Virus record (IMG/VR): IMGVR_UViG_3300027973_000030
Location: 67,295-131,294 of that record
Reading direction: 5' to 3' (one strand)
Source of the DNA: a virus
DNA length: 64,000 nt
Every line of letters starts with the position of its first letter. Within the stretch, counting starts at the first letter, position 1. Made by a program: the position numbers and the translations under genes. Below are positions 12,501-20,320 of the stretch, piece by piece. The notes beneath the pieces were generated by a model. It had not been told where the DNA came from and made no database searches. It was given only the letters and a program-made list of their open reading frames with translations.

Positions 12501-15500
12501 CCCGATATTAACTGACGGTATACAGAAAGAGGAGCACTTTCGTCTAAAGAATTTTTAAAACTATTTTTGTTTAATTTAACATTACCAATCTTATCTACAT
12601 ATAGCTGATTATAGTCTTCTATAGCACGATTAATTCTTTCAATTAAATCTGTAGAATCTTTTAACTGTAAAGGTTTATTAAAATCTGTAGATTCTGAAAT
12701 AGTTAATTTCATCCTTTTTGGATTTTTTTGACCCTTAGTATAGAAAGCAAATTCTATTCTAATATTTCCAGAAGGGTGCATTTCAAAATTAACTTTAAGT
12801 CCACGTTTACCTGCTACAGCTATATAAATAGAGTCATTAATTTCAGAGTTTATATCATTAGCAGCTGTAGGATCAATAGGACCCATGTATTTTTTCTTAG
12901 TTTCAGGATCTGTCTTCTCTTCTATGTTATTCTCTTTCAATACTTTAGACTTCTTGTTTAATTTATCAACAAGAATATCTAAGTCTTCAGATGGAAGTAC
13001 ACTAGACTGTAATTCTATAAACTTAATAGCACCATTAGGTAAAGCTACTACTGCTACATAACGACCATAGTTTCTAAGCTTATCTTCACCACCTTCAAAC
13101 CTAGCAGCTTCAATTCTTTTTTCTAACTCTTCAGTATCAACAGCATTAGTATGTGGAGACACAAGACTTTCTTCATACATACCATTTCCTAAATACTTAG
13201 TTCTGCGGTCAATAATATATGTGAACCCATCAATAGTGCTATGATCTAATTCATCTAACGATACTCTAGCGTTTTTATCTGTAGCAAAATCATACTCACC
13301 GGCAGATGGTACAATGTTAAACAATGTATTTACCTCATCATTAGTTAAGGTAACATCTGTAGCTCCATCAACTAACTTATTAGTGATAGCACTATAAAAC
13401 TTCATACCTGAAATATAGTTCTCCTTAAAAGTTTGGAACTCTTTATTTACATCTTTATTCTGAGTATCAAAGATTTGTACAAATTGTTCTTTAGTAATAT
13501 TACTTAATGCAACTGGTTTACCAGCATTATCTAAATAAGTGTACCTATTATAATATGTAGCAAACCCAATAGTTTGACCACCATACATAATCTCAACCAT
13601 GTATGGTTCTGGGTTCTGCTGTAGATGTTTATTTGGATCTTGACCATCTTGACCTGCTGCTAAAGTAGTTTGACCTAATGTACTATTCTTAGTAATTTTA
13701 ATAGTAACACCAGACTGAAAAGCTTCTTTAGAAGTATTATAAATAAGCTCTCTTAATCTTTCATTAGCTTGTTCTTGTTCCTCGTTCTTATTTCTTTTAG
13801 CATAGATTCTATTAAGTTCATTAACTCTTTTTAATCTAAAAGCGTTAGGGTTTTCTGGTTCTATAGCAGATTCAAATGCAGCTTCTAGTTTATATCCAGC
13901 AAGACTTTCAATAGTAGTTGTGGATGTTATACCCTGCATAGGTTGAATAGTAATCTTCAACTTACCTTGAATATTCTTAGGAGCTTTTTGTGTAAGCACT
14001 CTAAACTTCCTACCTCTTGAGTCTACAAGAATATCACCATATTTCAATGTTTGACCATCAAACTGATATTCAGTATACTTATCACTATTAACTTCTGCTA
14101 AAGCATCAAAGATAACTTTAGCTTCTTCTATAGTAGGATAAGTAACAGCAGCTTCATAACGAGGAAACTTTTTAGCATCTAATGTAATATCTGTAACAGG
14201 ATCTCCAGCTTTATTAACAATGTAATAGAACTTCCCTGCTTTAGGATCTTCTTCTTCAATAAGATAAATACCATTCTTCTTTTCAAGAACTTTAGCAGCT
14301 TCTATTAAGCCGTCTGGTACATCTTCTGTAGTATCTCCAGGTTGTAAAGGATCTTTCTTTTTTACAGGAGGTTTTCCAGTAAACTCATTGTTTACTTCCT
14401 CAATATGTTCTTCATTAAGTTTCTTACCTGTAGCATCTATAGCTTCCATTAATCTTTGGTGCACCTTTACAAACTGTATAGGATTAGCCATAATATTATA
14501 AGCATCTACATACTCTTTACTATCATTGTTAAGATCAATATACTCTGTAAGATTCTTATAGATCTCTTGGATATCATCAGCTTTTACAACAGCATCTATA
14601 CCAGACTCTCTATTCTTAGCATTAATATACTTTTCAAAACTCTTAGAAGCTTTATTGTATTTACGTTTCTGTCCAGGCTCCATGCTCTTAAGACTCTCAT
14701 GATGTTCTAACCACTCTTGTAAAGATTCTAATTGTTCTTTCTTAGATTTAAGAAGCTCTCTTCCTGCAGCATCCTTTTTTGGTACAGCAGTTAGGCCCTC
14801 AATCTCAGCTTTAAGAATGTCTATTTCTTTCTGTGTGTTTTGAATAACACCTAAGTTACGAAAAGCTGTACCTACAGAAGCACCAATTTGTGGTGTATTT
14901 GCCATTTCAGTTTGTAACTTAACAGCACGCTGAGCTGCTTTATGAGACTTGTAATCATTAGTAGCCATTATTTCAATAGCATCATCTAATGCACGCTTAG
15001 CCATTAAAGCTGTCTTACGTTCAGGTGTACCCTCTTTGTACATATCAACTAGTACAGAGTCACCATATTTATCTTTAAGAGCTTTCCAGTTTTTATGGAA
15101 TGTCTCTACATCATCTGCAATATTATTAAAGAACTCTTTAGTTGATTTAATATTATCTGTAGTTTTATCTAAACCAAAACCTTGTTTAAACTCTTCATCA
15201 GTAAATGCTTCACCATAACTACGTAATGTATCAAGAACTGATTCTGCCATGTCTGTTTTAATAGCAGCAGAAACCATCTTAGCAAAACCTGAATTCTTAT
15301 TATTAGTGTAAACATATTGGTCTCTGTTTGCAACAGCTTCCTCCATGTTACTAGCCACCTTATTTTGTACTTTAATATTAGCTATATGTTCTGGTAAGAA
15401 CTTATTAGGGTTATCATAGTATGCATTAACTTCTTTTACAGCTTCATTAATATCTTTATACCGAGATGCTCTTTGATCAGAAGTAGTAGCAGCATACATT

Positions 15501-17128
15501 TTAGCTTTGCCTACAGTATAGTTTATAGGTGATAGCATACGACCTGTTAAAGCTCCCATTAAGAAAGTCTTTAAACCTTGTATATTAGCTTGAGAATCAA
15601 TAGCTTTATCTATTGATTTATCCATACTTGTACCTTTGTACCCATGGTATAAATCATAATAGTAATCTTGTAACGCTACATTAGAACCTTCTTGGAATAA
15701 TTCCTGAAGACCTTCTGAAGCTTCCCACTTGAATACATTTTTACCTATAGATTTAGTAGCTTGCCATGCGGCTGTACGCCCACCAAAATCTCTAGATACT
15801 TGACCAAGTAAACCTAATGTTCCTAACTTACCTTTTGTATATAATTTAGTTGTTTCTTCTGCTGCTTCTTTACCAACACGTCTTCCAGTAACTTTTAATA
15901 CATCATCTGCAAATTCACCAGTGGCTCCAAATAAACCACGACTAGCTCCAAATTTACTAAACATGTTATCAAACTGTAAGCGGTTACTTAACATTAAGAT
16001 ACCTGTATTAACTGTAAAGTTATCTTGAGCTGCCGCTTGAGCAGAAGATTTCATACGTTCTTCTAAAGCAAAACTAGGAGCTTGTCCTGTTCTATGAAGT
16101 TCTTCATCATATAGTTTAGTGTATAATTCTCCATAAGTACCAGCAGCTTCCATACGAGCTTCAGTCATAGCCATATTAGCTTCTGCTAAAGCACGTCTTA
16201 CACCACCTATACCAATAGCTGCCATCTGTCCAATACCAGCTCCAGCTCTACCATACTTAGATAACATATATCCAGTATCAGCAAAAGGAACAAGTTGTCT
16301 TGCAGCTTGTACAAAACCTTCTCCTACACTACGAGCTTTCCATACAGGATTGCCAAGTCTAACTAAATCTGTAGCAATCTCAGCTTTAGTTATTACTCTT
16401 CCAAAAGTTGCAGGAGCTCTGATACCAAGTTTAGCTAATGAAAATTCTGTAGATAAACCAAATGTAATTAACTCTTCTGATAAAAACTGTCCAATAGTAC
16501 CTATAGCAAAACCAGATTGCTGTAACATATCACCAAAAAACTTACGGTTAAGAACACCACTCTCAGATTCAGGTGTAGAATAGATAGCATATCTATTCAT
16601 AATATCTTTAGTAGCTTTATCTTGCTCCATTAAATGTTCTGGAGTACCTAATAAATCTTGTTTAGCTTCATCCCAACTAGTACTATATATAGCATCTGCC
16701 ATATTACCCCAACCTTTCCAACCTTCTATAAAAGTATTACCTGCTAATCTAAACATTCCACTTAGACCATTAGACCATACATCTCCCCAAGTTTGATAAG
16801 CTCCATATTTATACTCATTATTAGTTTGACCACTTGGATCAAAACCTAATGCATGAAAATTATCTGAACTTTTATATCTATCTACCTGTGCAGCATCATA
16901 ATCAAAAAAAACAGGTGCTGATAATGTATCTAAACTAGTAGCTTGGTTTTTAAAAGCATTAAGACCGTTTTGTACAACATCACCTATAGGAGCATTATTA
17001 GATTGTGCGTAACCGGGGCTACCCATCAAATCTAACATACTTGTGTTATTTTGTGGTAATGAAAGTATAGGATCTTGAGAGTAAACTCCTTGTAATTCTT
17101 GAGGTATTACACCAGTTTCTAATGCCAT
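3590..17128 (-). CDS. Giant virion-packaged DNA-dependent RNA polymerase polyprotein (crAss-like; phi14:2 gp66-type core) with N-terminal cargo region, zincin domain and C-terminal macro-like domain
   Basis: 4512 aa. Catalytic-type GADFDIDK (DFDID at 7217-7231) preceded by AVRIPSQDKHS; ADAQMW motif; HEAFH...EEYLAD zincin at 11861-11875; YVFGDN..G.GGQA..RGEPNA.GI.TKK near 4445-4540. Confidence 0.9.
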   Translation of the reverse strand: MALETGVIPQELQGVYSQDPILSLPQNNTSMLDLMGSPGYAQSNNAPIGDVVQNGLNAFKNQATSLDTLSAPVFFDYDAAQVDRYKSSDNFHALGFDPSGQTNNEYKYGAYQTWGDVWSNGLSGMFRLAGNTFIEGWKGWGNMADAIYSTSWDEAKQDLLGTPEHLMEQDKATKDIMNRYAIYSTPESESGVLNRKFFGDMLQQSGFAIGTIGQFLSEELITFGLSTEFSLAKLGIRAPATFGRVITKAEIATDLVRLGNPVWKARSVGEGFVQAARQLVPFADTGYMLSKYGRAGAGIGQMAAIGIGGVRRALAEANMAMTEARMEAAGTYGELYTKLYDEELHRTGQAPSFALEERMKSSAQAAAQDNFTVNTGILMLSNRLQFDNMFSKFGASRGLFGATGEFADDVLKVTGRRVGKEAAEETTKLYTKGKLGTLGLLGQVSRDFGGRTAAWQATKSIGKNVFKWEASEGLQELFQEGSNVALQDYYYDLYHGYKGTSMDKSIDKAIDSQANIQGLKTFLMGALTGRMLSPINYTVGKAKMYAATTSDQRASRYKDINEAVKEVNAYYDNPNKFLPEHIANIKVQNKVASNMEEAVANRDQYVYTNNKNSGFAKMVSAAIKTDMAESVLDTLRSYGEAFTDEEFKQGFGLDKTTDNIKSTKEFFNNIADDVETFHKNWKALKDKYGDSVLVDMYKEGTPERKTALMAKRALDDAIEIMATNDYKSHKAAQRAVKLQTEMANTPQIGASVGTAFRNLGVIQNTQKEIDILKAEIEGLTAVPKKDAAGRELLKSKKEQLESLQEWLEHHESLKSMEPGQKRKYNKASKSFEKYINAKNRESGIDAVVKADDIQEIYKNLTEYIDLNNDSKEYVDAYNIMANPIQFVKVHQRLMEAIDATGKKLNEEHIEEVNNEFTGKPPVKKKDPLQPGDTTEDVPDGLIEAAKVLEKKNGIYLIEEEDPKAGKFYYIVNKAGDPVTDITLDAKKFPRYEAAVTYPTIEEAKVIFDALAEVNSDKYTEYQFDGQTLKYGDILVDSRGRKFRVLTQKAPKNIQGKLKITIQPMQGITSTTTIESLAGYKLEAAFESAIEPENPNAFRLKRVNELNRIYAKRNKNEEQEQANERLRELIYNTSKEAFQSGVTIKITKNSTLGQTTLAAGQDGQDPNKHLQQNPEPYMVEIMYGGQTIGFATYYNRYTYLDNAGKPVALSNITKEQFVQIFDTQNKDVNKEFQTFKENYISGMKFYSAITNKLVDGATDVTLTNDEVNTLFNIVPSAGEYDFATDKNARVSLDELDHSTIDGFTYIIDRRTKYLGNGMYEESLVSPHTNAVDTEELEKRIEAARFEGGEDKLRNYGRYVAVVALPNGAIKFIELQSSVLPSEDLDILVDKLNKKSKVLKENNIEEKTDPETKKKYMGPIDPTAANDINSEINDSIYIAVAGKRGLKVNFEMHPSGNIRIEFAFYTKGQKNPKRMKLTISESTDFNKPLQLKDSTDLIERINRAIEDYNQLYVDKIGNVKLNKNSFKNSLDESAPLSVYRQLISGVNKPVVKNEGIFVYPKKQQISPSSNVIVPTSKPKVNQEPSDAALEGVVIPPAIAAAQAEFLARRKAEQKKTSAQDRLQELSDKKDALINEIEGELLKSGMKRVDVMKHNYNADPRVAAVNQEIAQINNSAALKVSDRLTGEDAVHINEFRKWAQQHLPEFISVEELSNMARKMKAEGVTVGMFYTHMNELNNRLEGKIAVGKNTPFKYHEAFHGIFRMLLTDQQIDKYLNIAKQELRQQGKSLSKLKQELIASKPEFYSKLTEEQLEERVYEEYLADKFDAWKSDIKTPTSAENKGFFRKLLDFIRSFFKNIKASPLDRLFQSIEKGNYKNAALATNRFTTGPNIAVTQTALKAIQIGYTVIDNEDGERERIPIYLSQQEGDVLASTIAAIYHRRMSEAGLTDHSVDIMDGVLADYANLYDRRINPYYQSDEFVERFENALAMQKAIEKLDQKYKIFSNPELIETLKDSIREHTRIMGYQEELESDEFDQQVDEYGDRVTTDNWKETYSIGGYGSLSKELRQYLSTITEETVDEFGNTRFVSEDGAPTEEVLIEAVNANVLYNGILKAVAGSTDQYQMLERLKIFAEHNPEARKFWTKFSNDVDLQYDEDGNFVDIGNKNQANLFQAVVKGFNQFSVDYYFINKDISKKETRVSEANRKGAARNQFSIWYNAFLRLYADQYADTPRDSESLSKFIKTKTVALDKLATILKKGNVYSKDVLTTQIDNIILSLKDELGISLSPLFVKYSYLSSVDTKDLTDDDLRILKAFEGTEVMTEDDAREIGAAIRSGKNPFGTNIDPDKIAESEQQVSTLTAAEEPKIQSEEDFENQEEDVEDDVDAAIGRLTKIAAGNAVFDEQVSSTSYKNAEGELVYSHQLPTFNLVRAAELQKEEFRNELKKNKFLATNHLLNSPFFNYIADTIKVSRIDGIKASSLTKNEDGTLTEDKRLNVNQNDGVTYGSMSDREFLISLFELYANNKKHVIPAADGQPRKEFMTSSVLLAVLEASNTADMLNLPVIRSVEYKKGEILLTKDAEKILFNEVKREFERIARVNSEIESGRYTNGIIEGYHNGEERGLKFIKMGNMLGSLTSTLEDAAKNSEDIAQYNDEILSAINKYWLGDGGQVDQMVKLLKDQGIIGVSEKDTLYSQLLNNYVFQGFKSNGKTDKDRNAMLNMVVGAAEHNIGQVLVNNFINTLSARQLFIGDAAENYKNDGGIDEVKRNKGLNGSGNNISSVVTASNLGINHTNTKSHVVTITDPQYKGKFSGKNKEKADAQMWMSVKALRYTLFGLGKLNQAQAELLDKIEKGQDVSVKDIFGERVKDKDGITRTRGGSITYNAQTNSIKLVYNDGKKYIKTSGIILTKQLTSLPQGNSWIARPGYEELHTLREKLEGYEAANETITFAIPKSASKGVKQNIASDVNSITNENFVEHDNNFWRLQLENPSNKLLITDPTQAKQLIIAEQSRDLIVNYQGEEMTLGQVIDNYLSDTEQRVKNNFFSARDEMFDIEGAFKELKKSLKQSQITPTLGKFLSKQVETLKSTGADPQLIEFFTPIKNKETGEYTPKYDLNHPITLDKFTQLFLAYFSKGVMSEKAPGHSLALASNYGMKVAKRVTRLDENGQPLSWEVITRRQYEKDRALLAEVKAAKRFNNDMDREFDGLKVGDIYIDDLRHNVPEFDEQGNITGYFTEYMMPPHFREDMRMYNEDGTISEAALKAFAVRIPSQDKHSFATTKLIDFLPAFYGSTAVFPHELIEISGADFDIDKVYMQIMDFYRKDGERVAYGTDKTKEGKFTEYVMYLQANNKTFKTKLVQLRDEAQDDEVYSEEGGIYDSFEELAKDLLTKSLESMMIENALKELGLPSNADEYAKAVDQYGELNNGVLNNRILEAKIKLQNNDGVTKTKDGSIPSAFQVAEVQPLIDVVDNFIDRFPILRDVLVETGSDVDSMIGQYKAFKNNKEGARNIGPAVNSMLVYSVMNSFGKQTRIRETNGAGEEMFVLTIDGHKFNSYEYNKAYNKDTDTYEGERIFYHISAIVSAMTDNAKERLAARLGLNINAVGVVSNMVALGVPLETALMFNLQPSVREFYKRIEVASKKIKTTQEEKLIKSQVGDKLLEELASKLSKDSGVQDITTDLLENNIKSAGTNSDVDFAVFNSFLQFYNQTEYYSAVAQVLKLSKGLGTSNESIDKIEEKEEMLGLNMGDVDFAKSKIPFDVRQVLTGKEAAKPHHNITANYIRIKNQIKELQKSVFTEKTYIFQRLKNTILNNLQVTKKETETFNTTLKRDIIAYLGIKAYVQYLKVNGKGAKLAGLDNAMIYDAEAVSRGDGFMDIIDTVKSIRQQLPKNYFANKFLNIIPVKLYDANSSQEYYNAKSRGGINTVESNTWAKLGEYEQNRIADSFIEIYSNPKTRQLAYNMFNYLIVKDGGQFKSGSFIKFIPPAMFKELLDATGVSHQLLKEDALINDNEKYKEIFGATAMELFNQFTGLYTTNINNAFNIKRVYAGAKPSTEVEKNKPKGYVPEVILQSEDNSILAIDLFGGIRKPEMMLLTDQYGNEFIDEVIATGKFEQKDLDKLNYNKEVLKANGFKLTNRPDDKGNNRYYIELPYTIKIVTGQKGVNEKAIFYKLRSTAKKVDTATAFSRTTRILKREDLKKNPGTLYVFGDNDQRSGLGGQAKEMRGEPNAMGISTKKAPNMDDSAFKSDNQFEENARIITADIDNIIAAWNTGKYNKLLVPPIGVGLAKLSEKAPRTFEYLNAELTRLQETVTKSTPTEGIGSFIKEVGDTIALSNTAIYEKFDPTGSKKQWKVGGLTGEMPTNVVLRNRQAANSKKYGLDDSISKAEASIDNIIGNINPVLTSQEAYELQQDWGIRIQFIGNKITFFKVENGKNTPYQTDITEPAELLRMLNQAPREETTSPKAMKNTFKATEETDIKVPNFEVDPEEAKKNMKILLEARRKELDERKKEDDAGCEAAG

Positions 17129-17157
17129 GAATATATCTTTATATAATTAATTTACTA

Positions 17158-20100
17158 CTACTGCTTTATTAGATGACTTAAACCAGCTTGTTTTAAGGCA
17201 TTTTTAGGGTCCCAAACTGTACCGCCATTAGTTCCTTTTACTTTATCATATTCTAACTGTACCCTTCTATTCTCTTGCATATTTTCATAATATAAAGATT
17301 TTAACTTTCCAACAATTTCATCAGGTCCTTTAGCGTTTTCACCTGATAGATTTATTGTACTAAGATAAGACTTTTCTTCTACACTAGTATCTACTCGACC
17401 AGTTTGTGGATCTTTTTTATTATTTCTAACTTTATATCTTAAATCTACAGTAACATATTGAGGAGCTGCATCAAGACCTGTAGTATTAGGAGTAATTAAA
17501 TATTTAAAACCAGCAGCTTCTAATATAGAATCAGACTTAATTTCTTTACCTCTAAGCATAGCACCATATACTTGATAACCTGTATTGTTAGGAAGTTGAT
17601 CAAGAAGTGTACCAGTATTTTCTTTAAGTATAAAATTAACTTCTGTATCTTTAGTTATAGAACTTAAAGATTTACCTCCCACCTCATCTTTTGATTCTGA
17701 AGAAATTGGTTTATTAAATATAAATCTAAAGGTTTTTTTACCATCAATACCTTGAGGTATATATTGTCCCACTCCATATTCTTCTAAATTCTTTTCACTT
17801 GATAATAATGCTCTTACAGCAGTTATCATTTCAGTATCAAGTACTTTACCATCTTTATCAGTTACTTTATCAACATTACCTGATTGAACAGATTGGTACA
17901 TTTGCAAAACTGCAATATCACCATTACCCATTGTTTTATTTGGCATTATATTAAAACTAAAAATACCACCTTGTCTACCAGTCATATTTTTGTACATTAA
18001 TAAATCTGGTACTACCAACAAGTTTGCCGCTTTAATTTTTTTAGAAAAATCTTCTGAGGTACCAAACTTTGGAGTTAATACATTATTATACATATCATTC
18101 CATAGTGCTTCAGTATTACCTATCATGCCCCAAGCAGTTGATGATTCTTTACCATCAACTTTATTAATCCAATATATATTATCATCTAATACTATTTCAC
18201 CTTGACTAGTTTGATTTAACTTACCTTGCATATAATATCTAGCTACATCTTCTTTTGATAAAGTTTTTGTAGTTCTATCAGATTTATTAAACAATTCTAA
18301 AGAAGGCATATCAGCAGCTAATTCAGATATTGTTAATAAACTAGCTTTACCATTAGAATTCTTTTTAACTACCGATGCATACTCAGGATTATTAGCTAAT
18401 CTATCTTGCATTAATTTTTGTCTATTATCTTCATTAGCATTATAAGTATCTAACTGTTCAACAGCTAATCCATATCTAATCAAAGCTTCTTGTTCTGATT
18501 CAGTAAATGGAATATCAGAACCATCTGCAGCCACTGTACTACGTTGTTTTAAATAGTCTTCAGTATAAGCCATTAAAGCTCTTCTTACTAATCCTGTATC
18601 ATCTATAGTTAATTTTTTAGGATTAATTCCAGATACTTGTACAGCCTGACTAGTAAGTAAAGCTGCAGTTAATTTATTACCAGCAGCAGTTTGTGCTGCT
18701 GTAGCAACATAAGCACCATCAGTAGCTACTTCTTTTTGCATCAATGTAGCTACTTCTGATATCTCCATTTGAGATAATCCTAGTTTAGTAGCAAAACCAA
18801 GAACACCACGTTGATCAAATATTAAATTATGACTTTGTATAAAACTTTGTTTTTGTGTTTTATTCCAAGCATCATAAGCTGTTTCAGCATTTTTAGTAAT
18901 ATCTATACCAGAAAGTCCTATGTAACTTAATGAGTTATTTACAGGTTCTCCACCAGGTCCAGGTTTAGGAACTATGTTACCATTAGCATCTACTATTGTT
19001 TCACTACCACCAACTTTTTTAGGGTTAGCCATTTCCCACAACTGTTTTTCTCTTTCATATCCAGCTTTCATTACCTCTAATTCAAATTTTCTATTATTTA
19101 AATCAGCAGTAGAAGCAGCTACCCAAGCAGAATTTTCTTTTATAAGTTTCTGATCTATACTTGCTCTACCTGAAGACCAGTTATTAACAAGACGTTGCTT
19201 AGCTAATACAGCAAAATATTGATTAGGTGCATTACTTACATATTCAAGTGTTTTGTCTTTACCTTGATCAAACCCTTTATACTCTTCATTGATAACAGCT
19301 TTTTTTGCTATTAATTCTGAACGTTTTGATACAAGATTATCAAACATAGCTTTATTATTAGGACCACCAGTTTGACTAATAGAAGTTAATAAACTATCTA
19401 TTCTAGCCATCTCAACATCAACTTCTTGATGTCTTTTAGTAAATCCTTGATTTAATTCAGCAACTGCATCTTTAGCAATTAAAGATTTAATTTCTACATC
19501 TGTAAGATTAGGATTACTTTTTTTTAAAATTTTAATACGCTCTTCATTTTCTACTGTACCTGTTACATTAAACTGTCCTTGAAAGTTATTACCAATCATG
19601 GCAGTTGCCCATGTAGCATATTTCTTTTCAGAACGTTCACCATTTTCAGTTGAAATTAAATATGGTCCATCAGGACTATCATATTTAACTTCAAGCTTGT
19701 CAGCTGCAGCCATTTTTTGTAGGTAAGCTTCTATATTAGTAAAAGGTTCTGCTTTACGCATTTCTACAGCACTAAAAGCTTCAGGAGTTCTATCAGCATT
19801 TTGTAACTTACTTAAACCATTCTGAAGATACATCATACCAATGTTATTGTACTTTTCACGATCTTCAGGTTTAGCTGAATCTTTCCAAGAAGCATACTTT
19901 TGTATTTCATTTTGATAAGACTTAGTCATAGCAGCATCTTGTACTATAAACTTGTCTTGCCAGAAAGGAGCATATATACTTTCAGCTGCATTTACATTCT
20001 CCATTAAAGAAAGATCAGATGAAGATAACTTAACAAGTTTTTCTTGTGCATCTTTAATATATTGATCTCTAAGAGGAATATTATTCTTATTAGAAAGTTG

Positions 20101-20259
20101 TGCATTTAGTACCGAGCTGTACGCTGATTTAACTTTACTAGCTCCCTGTTCAAACAGAGATTGCTTCCTCTGAAGCATCTTGTCATAGAAGTTAAAGTCC
20201 GGTTTATATAAAGCCGGTTCAGGAAAGGTCTCTGGTATATAAGGAAGGTATTGTGCCAT
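17158..20259 (-). CDS. Putative virion cargo/ejection protein
   Basis: 1033 aa with a helical-looking N-terminal half. Lies immediately upstream of the vRNAP, as cargo genes do in crAss-like phages. No catalytic motif seen. Confidence 0.6.
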   Translation of the reverse strand: MAQYLPYIPETFPEPALYKPDFNFYDKMLQRKQSLFEQGASKVKSAYSSVLNAQLSNKNNIPLRDQYIKDAQEKLVKLSSSDLSLMENVNAAESIYAPFWQDKFIVQDAAMTKSYQNEIQKYASWKDSAKPEDREKYNNIGMMYLQNGLSKLQNADRTPEAFSAVEMRKAEPFTNIEAYLQKMAAADKLEVKYDSPDGPYLISTENGERSEKKYATWATAMIGNNFQGQFNVTGTVENEERIKILKKSNPNLTDVEIKSLIAKDAVAELNQGFTKRHQEVDVEMARIDSLLTSISQTGGPNNKAMFDNLVSKRSELIAKKAVINEEYKGFDQGKDKTLEYVSNAPNQYFAVLAKQRLVNNWSSGRASIDQKLIKENSAWVAASTADLNNRKFELEVMKAGYEREKQLWEMANPKKVGGSETIVDANGNIVPKPGPGGEPVNNSLSYIGLSGIDITKNAETAYDAWNKTQKQSFIQSHNLIFDQRGVLGFATKLGLSQMEISEVATLMQKEVATDGAYVATAAQTAAGNKLTAALLTSQAVQVSGINPKKLTIDDTGLVRRALMAYTEDYLKQRSTVAADGSDIPFTESEQEALIRYGLAVEQLDTYNANEDNRQKLMQDRLANNPEYASVVKKNSNGKASLLTISELAADMPSLELFNKSDRTTKTLSKEDVARYYMQGKLNQTSQGEIVLDDNIYWINKVDGKESSTAWGMIGNTEALWNDMYNNVLTPKFGTSEDFSKKIKAANLLVVPDLLMYKNMTGRQGGIFSFNIMPNKTMGNGDIAVLQMYQSVQSGNVDKVTDKDGKVLDTEMITAVRALLSSEKNLEEYGVGQYIPQGIDGKKTFRFIFNKPISSESKDEVGGKSLSSITKDTEVNFILKENTGTLLDQLPNNTGYQVYGAMLRGKEIKSDSILEAAGFKYLITPNTTGLDAAPQYVTVDLRYKVRNNKKDPQTGRVDTSVEEKSYLSTINLSGENAKGPDEIVGKLKSLYYENMQENRRVQLEYDKVKGTNGGTVWDPKNALKQAGLSHLIKQ

Positions 20260-20260
20260 A

Positions 20261-20320
20261 GTTTACATATATAATATACAATAAAATCTTTAAAGTTTAA
20301 AACTAAACCTTAAATGTTTA
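20261..20320 (-). promoter_or_regulatory. Conserved intergenic element, copy A (candidate late promoter/operator)
   Basis: Minus strand TAAAC-ATTTAAG-GTTTA-GTTTT-AAAC-TTTAA-AGATTTT-ATT-GTATATTATATATGTA; same architecture as 39371-39428. Confidence 0.55.

Noticed and set aside
3590-17128. Intein or intron explaining the polymerase's size
   Set aside because: The ORF is continuous, and I recognised no intein splice-junction or LAGLIDADG/HNH motifs.
17152-17160. TAG TAG TAA triple stop, suggesting TAG-to-Gln recoding as in some crAss-like phages
   Set aside because: Multi-kb ORFs translate without internal TAG or TGA in the standard code. TAG and TGA end other genes cleanly (31821, 46928, 51927, 59689; 36874, 38100).
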